Shown here: positions 25,050-32,000 of the stretch, piece by piece
Layout: every line of letters begins with the position of its first letter
How positions within the stretch are numbered: the first letter of the stretch is position 1
Assembly: GCF_000012925.1 (NCBI RefSeq)
Contig: NC_007517.1
Location: 750,001 to 782,000 of the forward strand
Reading direction: 5' to 3'
Length of the DNA: 32,000 bases
Source: Geobacter metallireducens GS-15
Lineage (GTDB): Bacteria > Desulfobacterota > Desulfuromonadia > Geobacterales > Geobacteraceae
Translations under genes and position numbers: made by a program
Notes under the pieces: model-generated
What the model saw: only the letters and a program-made list of their open reading frames with translations
Databases searched by the model: none
Told to the model about the DNA's origin: nothing

Positions 25050-26099
25050 ATGCCAATGTCAATCAAGAACGCAATCCTGCTCTTTGTTGTGGTGGCCCTT
25101 TGCGCCGCATTCAGCATGAGGATATTCCAGGGACTCGACGAGATGATGGGCGACCAGTACTGGGTCGTCGACACCACCCAGGGAGACCACGGGTGGTACG
25201 CCATGGGGCTCCTCCCCCATGTGAAGCTGATGGCCAAGGATGTGGTCAAGGCCGTAAACACCGACGCCGACAAGAGCAACAACTACGAGATCTATGCCCA
25301 GGCAGGGGATTTTGCCGGCAACTCGGTTTACGGGATCTGCTACGGCATCCCCCTCATCATGTACCTGATCTGGTTCGCCTTCATCCTTGGCTTCCCTGAC
25401 CGGGTTGATCCGTATCTGTTGCCGCGTAAGATATTCACCCTTGCCGTCATCACCTGCTGCTCGATTGTCGTGAACCTCTTCCTGATGCGTATTACCGCCG
25501 ACTTCGCCACCGATCCCATGTCGCGCATCGCCAACGTGGCAGGCAACCACGCATCGCTTCTGTTCCATAATGCCGGCATCTGGTTCGCGATTCTCTTCTC
25601 GGCCCTGGGAACCCATGCCCATTCCGCCCAGGAAACGAGCGCTCCCGACAGCCGCCAGTGGCAGACCCAGGCCAACGAGAAGTTCTCCTGGATGTTCATT
25701 CTCCTTGGCGCCGTGACCGTGCTTGAGCTCTTCCTGGTGAAGGGCAAGCTTGCCCTCCCCGACGCGGCAGTCGACTACTCGGTCTGGCTCATCTGGGTGG
25801 TGATCTTCATGCGGATGTTCGGCTTCTCTCCCAAGTACTGGTTCAAGCGTGGCCGCGGCCTCGCCATCATGTTCGTCGGCACGGCCCTGACCCTCGTGGC
25901 CTTCTACTTCCTGGAGCGGTTCACCGGAAACCTCGGCGCCGGCTTTGCCTCCCCGATTCTGGCCAAGGCCCTTGGCGTGGAGAACCAGAACATCGGCCTC
26001 TCCCTTATGATCTCCATCTACCTGATCTTCTGGATGGAATTCTCCGCGGCCATCCGGATGAACGGTCCGGCCAAGAGTGCGGTGGAACAAAAGCATTAA
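25050..26099 (+). CDS. Polytopic membrane protein (349 aa, ~8 TM, with a ~80-aa loop after TM1), function unknown
   Basis: ATG 25050 follows TAGGAGA. The track's upstream extension overlaps the previous gene. I recognise no transporter or enzyme signature. Confidence 0.7.
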   Translation: MPMSIKNAILLFVVVALCAAFSMRIFQGLDEMMGDQYWVVDTTQGDHGWYAMGLLPHVKLMAKDVVKAVNTDADKSNNYEIYAQAGDFAGNSVYGICYGIPLIMYLIWFAFILGFPDRVDPYLLPRKIFTLAVITCCSIVVNLFLMRITADFATDPMSRIANVAGNHASLLFHNAGIWFAILFSALGTHAHSAQETSAPDSRQWQTQANEKFSWMFILLGAVTVLELFLVKGKLALPDAAVDYSVWLIWVVIFMRMFGFSPKYWFKRGRGLAIMFVGTALTLVAFYFLERFTGNLGAGFASPILAKALGVENQNIGLSLMISIYLIFWMEFSAAIRMNGPAKSAVEQKH

Positions 26100-26103
26100 G
26101 GCA

Positions 26104-26132
26104 GGGACCCGGGACCGGGGATCGGGACCGGG
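26104..26132 (+). repeat. GGGAYC-type tandem array (five G-runs) directly after the cassette's stop codon
   Basis: The sequence is GGGacccGGGaccGGGGatcGGGaccGGG. It is related to the array at 16609-16633. Confidence 0.7.
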
Positions 26133-26148
26133 AAAAACCTGAAAAACA

Positions 26149-26180
26149 GAAGAGGCGGCGGGATTTCCCGTCGCCTCTTC
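26149..26180. terminator. Strong hairpin between convergent genes (bidirectional terminator)
   Basis: The stem is GAAGAGGCG(26149-26157) / CGCCTCTTC(26172-26180) with an inner CGGG/CCCG stem. A T-run follows on the minus strand (the complement of 26133-26148). The T-run on the plus strand is weak. Confidence 0.75.
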
Positions 26181-26203
26181 GCGTTTATGCCGTCTTGGCT
26201 TTC

Positions 26204-26860
26204 TTATGCGCGGTGTTCCACGACCACCTGCAGCCCCTCCAGCTCTTCTTCCAGAGATGCAATGAGGCGCTCCACCATCTCCCGGTAGTCGCCGGGAAGC
26301 TCCTCTACCCCACGCAGGGCGGTGTCGAGGCGTCGCGCCGCGCCGAGGGCCGCTTTCAGGGGGACCGACGGGTCGCTCACGGGCTCCTCGCGGGTCTTGG
26401 CCACTTCCTTGAACTGTTTTAGGACGGTGGGATGGCTCCGTTCCTGTTCCACCACGCTCTTGCGCAGATCCGCGTACTCCTCGTCGGAGAACCCCTTCTC
26501 CTCCCGGGCCTGGCGCAGGAGGTCGATGGAGCGGTAGTCGGGGAAGGGGCGGGGCTCTTCGCGGCGCGCCATGAGCTCCGGCTCGTTCTTCTCCATGAAG
26601 CGGTACGCGAGAGTCAGCTTCTGGGCCGTCTCCTTCTTGATCCTGATCTCCTTGGTGCAGTAATCCTCGAAGCTTCCGTAGCCCCATTCCTTGTAGAGGT
26701 CCCGTGAGCTGACGGCCAGGAGCCGGTCCCCCAGTTCCACCCATGATGACTTGAAGCGCTTGGCGGTCTCCAGGACCTGGAAGCGTTCCGACGTGGGGTC
26801 CAGCTCCCCCATGATGCGTTCGATGAAGCGCTCGCCCGATGATTTGGGGATGTCGGTCAT
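26204..26860 (-). CDS. Hypothetical all-helical charged protein (218 aa), possibly HTH-containing
   Basis: ATG 26860 has an AAGGAG RBS. The segment WGYGSFEDYCTKEIRIKKETAQKLTLAYRF resembles ParB/DUF3102-type HTH regions. That resemblance is from memory and has not been searched. Confidence 0.6.
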   Translation of the reverse strand: MTDIPKSSGERFIERIMGELDPTSERFQVLETAKRFKSSWVELGDRLLAVSSRDLYKEWGYGSFEDYCTKEIRIKKETAQKLTLAYRFMEKNEPELMARREEPRPFPDYRSIDLLRQAREEKGFSDEEYADLRKSVVEQERSHPTVLKQFKEVAKTREEPVSDPSVPLKAALGAARRLDTALRGVEELPGDYREMVERLIASLEEELEGLQVVVEHRA

Positions 26861-27028
26861 GATCGGTTCTCCTTGTTCGGTTCTTTTTCGAGTGATACCA
26901 CAGAACGCCTCCCGCACCAACGGCAGAATGAATCGGCGCCATGTTTTGCCTTGGCTGGGGATAACGGTTCGGGGTACAATTCACACGTTTGCTATCGATT
27001 TCTAGTGTAACGAGGGAGTTCCCATCCG

Positions 27029-28537
27029 ATGAAAAAACTGAAGATCCTCATGGCCGCCTCCGAATGCGTTCCTTTTGCCAAGGAGGGGGGACTCGCCGAT
27101 GTGGTGGGGGTGTTGCCGAAGCACCTGGCCCGCATGGGGCACGACGTGCGGGTGGTGATGCCCCGCTACAAGAGGGTGGATCGGGAACGCTATGGTCTGA
27201 AGCAGCTTCCCGGCGTACTCGTGGTCCCCATGGGGGTCATCGGTAACCAATACTGTGGCGTCTGGGAAGGCCGGATTCCGGGAAGTGATGTCCCGGTCTA
27301 TTTCCTGGAGCACGAGGGATACTACGACCGCGACGGTCTCTACGAGGTGAACAACGAGGGATTCCTCGACAACGACAACCGCTTCGTCTTCCTCTCCAAG
27401 GCGGCCCTGGAGCTGCCGAAGATGATCGGTTTCGAGCCGGACCTCCTCCACGCCCACGACTGGCACACGGCGGCCATTCCGGTCCTCGTCAATACCACCT
27501 ACGCCGCCGACCCCTACGTGGGGGGGAAGGCCACGGTCCTCAGCGTCCACAACATGCAGCACCAAGGGAACTTCTACGAGGGGCTCATGGATGTCCTCGG
27601 CATCGGCTGGGAGCACTTCACCTTCCTGGGGCTGGAAAACAACGGCGAGGCGAACCTCCTCAAGGGGGGGCTTTACCACGCCACGGTCCTCAATACCGTG
27701 AGCGAGGGGTATGCCCGGGAGATGCAGACCCCCGAATACGGCTGGGGGCTCGACGGGGTGGTGCGGGAGCGGGCGGCCGACCTCTACGGCATTCTGAACG
27801 GGGTCGACTACGAAGACTGGAACCCGGAGGTGGACCCCTATATCGCGGCCCGCTATTCGGCCGCCGACCTCTCGGGGAAGAAGCTCTGCAAGCGGGATCT
27901 CCAGCGGACCTTCGGCCTCCCGGAACGGGATGACGTTCCCCTCTTCGGCATGGTGTCGCGGCTCGTGAAGCAGAAGGGGGTAGACATCCTGGCCGAGGCG
28001 ATCCATCGCATCCTCGCTCTCGATGTCCAATTTGTCATGCTCGGGGCCGGCGAGCCCTGGACCCACTTCTACTTCGGCGATATCAAGAACGCCTACCCCG
28101 ACAAGTTCAATATCTTCGTGGGGTACAACAACCCCCTCTCCCACCAGATCGAGGCAGGGGCCGACTTTTTCCTCATGCCGAGCGCCTTCGAGCCGTGCGG
28201 CCTCAACCAGATGTATTCGCTCCGCTACGGCACCCTTCCCATTGTCCGGGCCACGGGGGGGCTCGATGACAGCGTGGAGAACTTCGACGAGAAGACCCTT
28301 GTCGGCACCGGCTTCAAGTTCTGGAGTCGCGACGCCGGGGCCCTCTTCGACACCGTCGGCTGGGCGGTCCACACCTGGTACCACCGCAAGGACGCCATGG
28401 AGCGGCTCATCGCCAATGCCATGGCCAAGCGCTTCACCTGGGAGGATGCGGCAGCCAGGTACGAGGATCTCTACGGTCGGGCCCTCCGCAAGCGCCTGGG
28501 CGAGAAGGAATTTGCCCGGCGGTACGGCAAGGGGTAA
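27029..28537 (+). CDS. glgA: Glycogen synthase (ADP-glucose type, GT5)
   Basis: The N-terminus MKKLKILMAASECVPFAKEGGLADVV contains the KxGGL motif. The C-terminal segment PSAFEPCGLNQMYSLRYGTLPIVRATGGL is present. Confidence 0.93.
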   Translation: MKKLKILMAASECVPFAKEGGLADVVGVLPKHLARMGHDVRVVMPRYKRVDRERYGLKQLPGVLVVPMGVIGNQYCGVWEGRIPGSDVPVYFLEHEGYYDRDGLYEVNNEGFLDNDNRFVFLSKAALELPKMIGFEPDLLHAHDWHTAAIPVLVNTTYAADPYVGGKATVLSVHNMQHQGNFYEGLMDVLGIGWEHFTFLGLENNGEANLLKGGLYHATVLNTVSEGYAREMQTPEYGWGLDGVVRERAADLYGILNGVDYEDWNPEVDPYIAARYSAADLSGKKLCKRDLQRTFGLPERDDVPLFGMVSRLVKQKGVDILAEAIHRILALDVQFVMLGAGEPWTHFYFGDIKNAYPDKFNIFVGYNNPLSHQIEAGADFFLMPSAFEPCGLNQMYSLRYGTLPIVRATGGLDDSVENFDEKTLVGTGFKFWSRDAGALFDTVGWAVHTWYHRKDAMERLIANAMAKRFTWEDAAARYEDLYGRALRKRLGEKEFARRYGKG

Positions 28538-28556
28538 TCCTGCAGCAGGTTGTAGG

Positions 28557-29909
28557 TGTTGAGTGCCACGACATCGTGGACAGAAAAATGTGCCAGCACA
28601 TCGTAGACAAAGTTCTCTGACAATCGAATAGTCGCCACGGCATTCTGTGAACACCACATCAAACTCGGAGGTGTTCATGGAAGATAAAAACAAGCAGCTT
28701 CGGGTGTTGGCCGTTCAACGGTTCAGAAACGGCGAAACCCCGGAATCAATTTGCACATCACTCGGCAAGTCTCGTTCCTGGCTATACAAATGGGTTGCTC
28801 GCCAGAATGGAGATGACCCTGTATGGAGTGACGAGCGATCCCGATGCCCACAATCCATGCCGAACCGTACAACGGCAGAGATTGAAGAAATCGTCAAAAT
28901 GGTTCGCCTCAATCTCTACAACAAGGGCTTGTTCTGTGGTGCACAGGCCATCCTGTGGGAGTTGGAGGACCTGGGTGTCAAGCCGTTGCCTTCTACCAGA
29001 ACCATCAATCGGATTCTTGCAAGGAATGAACTGACACATCGGCGCACCGGCAAATACGAAGCCAAAGGGACGCTTTACCCAGTTCTGCCGTCAGCGTTGC
29101 CGAACCAGACGCACCAAGCTGATCTCGTTGGTCCATGCTATCTGACAGGGCCAATTCGCTTCTACAGCCTGAATGTTGTCGATACAGCAACCGTCAGGTG
29201 CGGGTTGCACTCATCTCGGTCCAAAGCTGGTCAGATGGTCATTGACGGTTTGTGGGAAGTCTGGAAACGACTAGGCATCCCAGAACGACTCCAGGTTGAC
29301 AATGCCATGTCATTCTTCGGCAGCCCGACACATCCCCGCGGCATGGGACCACTGATTCGTCTTTGCCTGCATAACGATGTCGAACCATGGTTCATACCCA
29401 TGGCTGAACCATGGAGAAACGGCATGATCGAAAAGTTCAACGACCGGTACCAACAACGGTTCCTCGGCAAAGTCATCATGACTTCAGAAGAGGAATTGAA
29501 AGTCGGCTCACTGACCTTTGAGCAGCGACACAACAGCAAGTATCGCTACAGCAAGCTAAAGGGGAGTACGCCGCTGAAAGCACTGGCCACCTCGCATGTG
29601 CAACTGAGGTTCCCGACTGAGGATGAACCTCCCAGGCATCGCCTGAAGAAGCCAGAAGTCGGAAAATATCATGCTGTCCGCCTTATCCGCAGTGACCTGA
29701 AGCTGAACATCTTCGGCGAATGCTTCTCGGTTCCACCGGAGACAGCGCTTGAATACGTGGTGGCGACTATCGATGTCAAAGAACAGAAACTGAAACTCTT
29801 CCTGGATAAAAATCAGGTCGAGGAATTCGATTACAAACTGCGGTGATTCAGATGAGTGTCCACGATGTCATGGCACAAAAAGTTGTCCACGATGTCGTGG
29901 CACTCAACA
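28557..29909 (+). mobile_element. Intact IS element (1353 bp), IS481-like, with a 6-bp target-site duplication
   Basis: The 26-bp terminal inverted repeats are perfect: TGTTGAGTGCCACGACATCGTGGACA at 28557-28582 and its complement at 29884-29909. Direct repeats TGTAGG flank the element at 28551-28556 and 29910-29915. There is a single DDE transposase ORF, and GC content is visibly lower than in the flanks. Confidence 0.88.
28677..29846 (+). CDS. DDE transposase (N-terminal HTH plus rve integrase core)
   Basis: ATG 28677 follows GGAGG. The catalytic contexts are QADLVG, QVDNAMSF and WRNGMIEKFN. Confidence 0.88.
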   Translation: MEDKNKQLRVLAVQRFRNGETPESICTSLGKSRSWLYKWVARQNGDDPVWSDERSRCPQSMPNRTTAEIEEIVKMVRLNLYNKGLFCGAQAILWELEDLGVKPLPSTRTINRILARNELTHRRTGKYEAKGTLYPVLPSALPNQTHQADLVGPCYLTGPIRFYSLNVVDTATVRCGLHSSRSKAGQMVIDGLWEVWKRLGIPERLQVDNAMSFFGSPTHPRGMGPLIRLCLHNDVEPWFIPMAEPWRNGMIEKFNDRYQQRFLGKVIMTSEEELKVGSLTFEQRHNSKYRYSKLKGSTPLKALATSHVQLRFPTEDEPPRHRLKKPEVGKYHAVRLIRSDLKLNIFGECFSVPPETALEYVVATIDVKEQKLKLFLDKNQVEEFDYKLR

Positions 29910-29929
29910 TGTAGGGAATAGAAAACATG

Positions 29930-29965
29930 ACGGGGGAGTGGGCGCGATGCCCGCTCCCCCGTTTT
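29930..29965. terminator. Bidirectional terminator (minus-strand operon end; originally also glgA)
   Basis: The stem is ACGGGGGAG(29930-29938) / CTCCCCCGT(29954-29962) with an inner GGGC/GCCC stem. The stem's terminal T is followed by TTT (TTTT, 29962-29965) on the plus strand. T-rich sequence follows on the minus strand. Confidence 0.75.
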
Positions 29966-29974
29966 CGTGTGGGA

Positions 29975-30502
29975 TCAAGTGTGCTTGCCGCGTTCCTCCT
30001 CGTGGCGGTCTTCCAGGTATTTGATGAACCGGATATGCCGGTTGATGAAGGTGAGGTTGTAGCGGCTCTCGTAGAGGAGCAGCGCGCTGGCGGCGAAGAG
30101 GAAGAGTCCTCCTGCCAGGGCCAGGGCCGTGGGAATCCAACTGGTGGCAAAGCTGCCGTAGGCCACGTTGAAGGCGATGGCGAGGCTCGCGGCAATGAAA
30201 AACGCGGTGGCCGTGTAGAGGGCCGACAGGGCCTTCTGCATGAGACCGGCCCGGACGTGCTGGATCTCCACCTGGGTGCGGATTACGGCGAGCCGCTCCT
30301 CGGCATGGGAGAGTTTCCCTGCCAGTACCGCCTCCAGCTCGCTCTTCAGGCTGTTCACCCGGTCGAAGATCCGCCCCAGCCGGTTGGAGGTGGAGAAGAT
30401 GAGGGTGCCGGCGGCGGAGATGAGTACCGCCGGCGTGATCATGGAGGTGAGAATCTTGGTGCTGGCGAGGGCTTCGAGTAGTTCCTTGTCCTGAAGTGCC
30501 AT
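29975..30502 (-). CDS. Small membrane protein (175 aa), DUF2721-like
   Basis: An N-terminal TM (ITPAVLISAAGTLIFS, then NRLGRIFDRV), a central amphipathic helix and two C-terminal TM segments are present. The family name is from memory. Confidence 0.65.
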   Translation of the reverse strand: MALQDKELLEALASTKILTSMITPAVLISAAGTLIFSTSNRLGRIFDRVNSLKSELEAVLAGKLSHAEERLAVIRTQVEIQHVRAGLMQKALSALYTATAFFIAASLAIAFNVAYGSFATSWIPTALALAGGLFLFAASALLLYESRYNLTFINRHIRFIKYLEDRHEEERGKHT

Positions 30503-30507
30503 GGCGG

Positions 30508-31398
30508 TCAGTCCCGGTACCGCTTCAGCAGATCTTGATAGGCGTCGATTCGCCGGTCCCGCAGGAACGGCCAGATGCGGCGCACCGCCTCGCTGCGGTC
30601 AAGATCAAGCTCGACAGAGAGGAGTTCCTCCCGGTCGTTGGAGGCCTGGGTGAGGATTTCACCCTGGGGGCCGGCCACGAAGCTGGAACCCCAGAAGAGG
30701 CTCCCCGGCAGCACGCCGGAAGGGTCGGGTTCGAGCCCCACACGGTTCACGCTCACCACCGGTATGCCGTTGGCCACGGCGTGCCCCCTCTGGATGGTAA
30801 TCCAGGCCTCTTTCTGGCGTACCTTCTCCTCGTCCTCGTCCCTCGGGTCCCAGCCGATGGCCGTGGGGTAGATGAGGAGGTCGGCTCCGGCAAGGGCCAT
30901 GAGGCGGGCCGCTTCGGGATACCACTGGTCCCAGCAGACGAGGACGCCGAGTTTTCCCACCGAGGTGCGTATGGGCTCAAAACCCAGGTCGCCGGGAGTG
31001 AAGTAGAACTTCTCGTAGTAGCCGGGATCGTCGGGGATGTGCATCTTACGGTATTTCCCGGCGATGGAGCCGTCTTTCTCGAAGACCACGGCGGTGTTGT
31101 GGTAAATCCCCGACGCCCGTTTCTCGAAGAGGGAAGAGACAAGCACCACGCCGAACTCCCTGGCAACGCCCCCCAGTAGTTCGGTGGTGGGGCCAGGGAT
31201 CTCCTCGGCCAGGTCGAAGTGGCCGGTGTCCTCGTTCTGGCAGAAGTAGGGGCCGCAGTGGAGCTCCTGCAGCACCACGAGTTTAGCGCCCAGGGCGCTA
31301 GCCTTGCGGATGTTCTCGATGCTTTTAGCCAGATTCAGGTCTTTATCGCTGGTGCAGCTCTGCTGCACGAGGCCGACGGTAAGCTTTGACATTTTCAT
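30508..31398 (-). CDS. aguB: N-carbamoylputrescine amidase (carbon-nitrogen hydrolase family)
   Basis: The nitrilase-type Glu/Lys/Cys contexts are LVVLQELH, KYRKMHIP and VLVCWDQWYPE. ATG 31398 overlaps the aguA stop as ATGA. Confidence 0.88.
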   Translation of the reverse strand: MKMSKLTVGLVQQSCTSDKDLNLAKSIENIRKASALGAKLVVLQELHCGPYFCQNEDTGHFDLAEEIPGPTTELLGGVAREFGVVLVSSLFEKRASGIYHNTAVVFEKDGSIAGKYRKMHIPDDPGYYEKFYFTPGDLGFEPIRTSVGKLGVLVCWDQWYPEAARLMALAGADLLIYPTAIGWDPRDEDEEKVRQKEAWITIQRGHAVANGIPVVSVNRVGLEPDPSGVLPGSLFWGSSFVAGPQGEILTQASNDREELLSVELDLDRSEAVRRIWPFLRDRRIDAYQDLLKRYRD

Positions 31399-32000
31399 AC
31401 CTCTCTGGTGACGTTTCGTGGTTCCGGTGCAAGGGTCCCCTTCGGCAGCTGCATGGTCACGCAGTGGAGCGAGCCATGTTGCAGGATGAGGGGGCGGCAA
31501 TCAATGCCGATGATCTCCCGACCGGGGAATGCCTGGCCGATGGCCGCCAGGGCGGCATCGTCGCCTGGATCGCCGTAGGTGGGAACCAGGACGGCGCCGT
31601 TTATGACGAGGTAGTTGGCGTAGGTGGCCGGAAGCCGCTCACCATCCTCGTCGTGGCAGGGGCGTGGCCAGGGGAGTGGAATCAGGCGGTAGGGGCTTCC
31701 CTCACTCGTTCGCATCGCTTTCAACTCTTTCTCCATGAGGAAGAGGGCCGGATAATGCTCGTCGGCGGCGTCGTCGCACCGGACGTAGACGATAGTGTCG
31801 TCGGGGGCGAGCCGTGCCAGGGTATCGATGTGGGAGTCGGTGTCGTCGCCAGCCAGCCAGCCGTTTTCCAGCCAGAGGATACGATCTGCGCCGAACTGCT
31901 CCTTCAGACTGATCTCGATCTGCTCCTGCGACAGGTGGGGGTTGCGGTTGGGGTTCAGGAGGCACTCGGCGGTGGTTAGGATCGTCCCATTACCGTCGCT
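31395..32000 (-). CDS. aguA: Agmatine deiminase, C-terminal ~200 aa (5' end lies outside the window)
   Basis: I extended the frame manually upstream of the track's Met. It is open to the window edge: ...TTAECLLNPNRNPHLSQEQIEISLKEQFGADRILWLENGWLAGDDTDSHIDTLARL...GSLHCVTMQLP (catalytic Cys context). Confidence 0.88.
   Translation of the reverse strand, partial: SDGNGTILTTAECLLNPNRNPHLSQEQIEISLKEQFGADRILWLENGWLAGDDTDSHIDTLARLAPDDTIVYVRCDDAADEHYPALFLMEKELKAMRTSEGSPYRLIPLPWPRPCHDEDGERLPATYANYLVINGAVLVPTYGDPGDDAALAAIGQAFPGREIIGIDCRPLILQHGSLHCVTMQLPKGTLAPEPRNVTREV

Noticed and set aside
28647-28676. GTG 28647 as the transposase start
   Set aside because: The ATG at 28677 has a GGAGG at the proper distance. 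The GTG has none.
31399-31500. Longer aguB start (MPPPHPATW...)
   Set aside because: It overlaps the aguA coding end by ~100 nt. The ATG at 31398 gives the usual ATGA coupling and the conserved MKMSKLTVGLVQ N-terminus.

Overview
High-GC chromosomal segment whose gene content and order (nifV, porin-like gene, glnB, amtB, small histidine kinase, suhB, SAM-riboswitch met genes) look like Geobacter/Desulfuromonadales. That taxonomic call is inference. About 30 genes are packed into recognisable modules. (1) An etfB / ferredoxin-fused etfA / EtfD-like membrane Fe-S oxidoreductase operon. (2) A minus-strand PAP2 phosphatase, four-repeat membrane protein, OmpR-type regulator and kinase operon. (3) A nitrogen island with three near-identical sigma-54 promoters. 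Two of them are followed by leader terminators that share the 12-mer GGCAAWGGCGCC, an ANTAR-like antitermination hairpin. (4) A SAM-I riboswitch in front of two tandem Cys/Met PLP-enzyme paralogs. (5) A HAMP-PAS-GGDEF-EAL protein. (6) A tandem-Cache kinase and an NtrC-type enhancer-binding protein, followed by palindromic upstream sites, a sigma-54 promoter and a tightly packed four-gene cassette. The cassette encodes a 63-aa Cys-rich protein, an untracked 40-aa TM peptide, an 83-aa membrane protein and a 349-aa polytopic protein. I cannot assign any of them to a family, and this is my best candidate for an undescribed system. (7) glgA, then an intact IS481-like element with a 6-bp target duplication inserted between glgA and its terminator. 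(8) A minus-strand aguA-aguB-DUF2721-like operon. I also noted G-rich GGGAYC arrays at two 3' ends, a 29-bp inverted-repeat element, and an odd CGTTCG-rich spacer inside the etf operon. I found no rRNA, tRNA or CRISPR.
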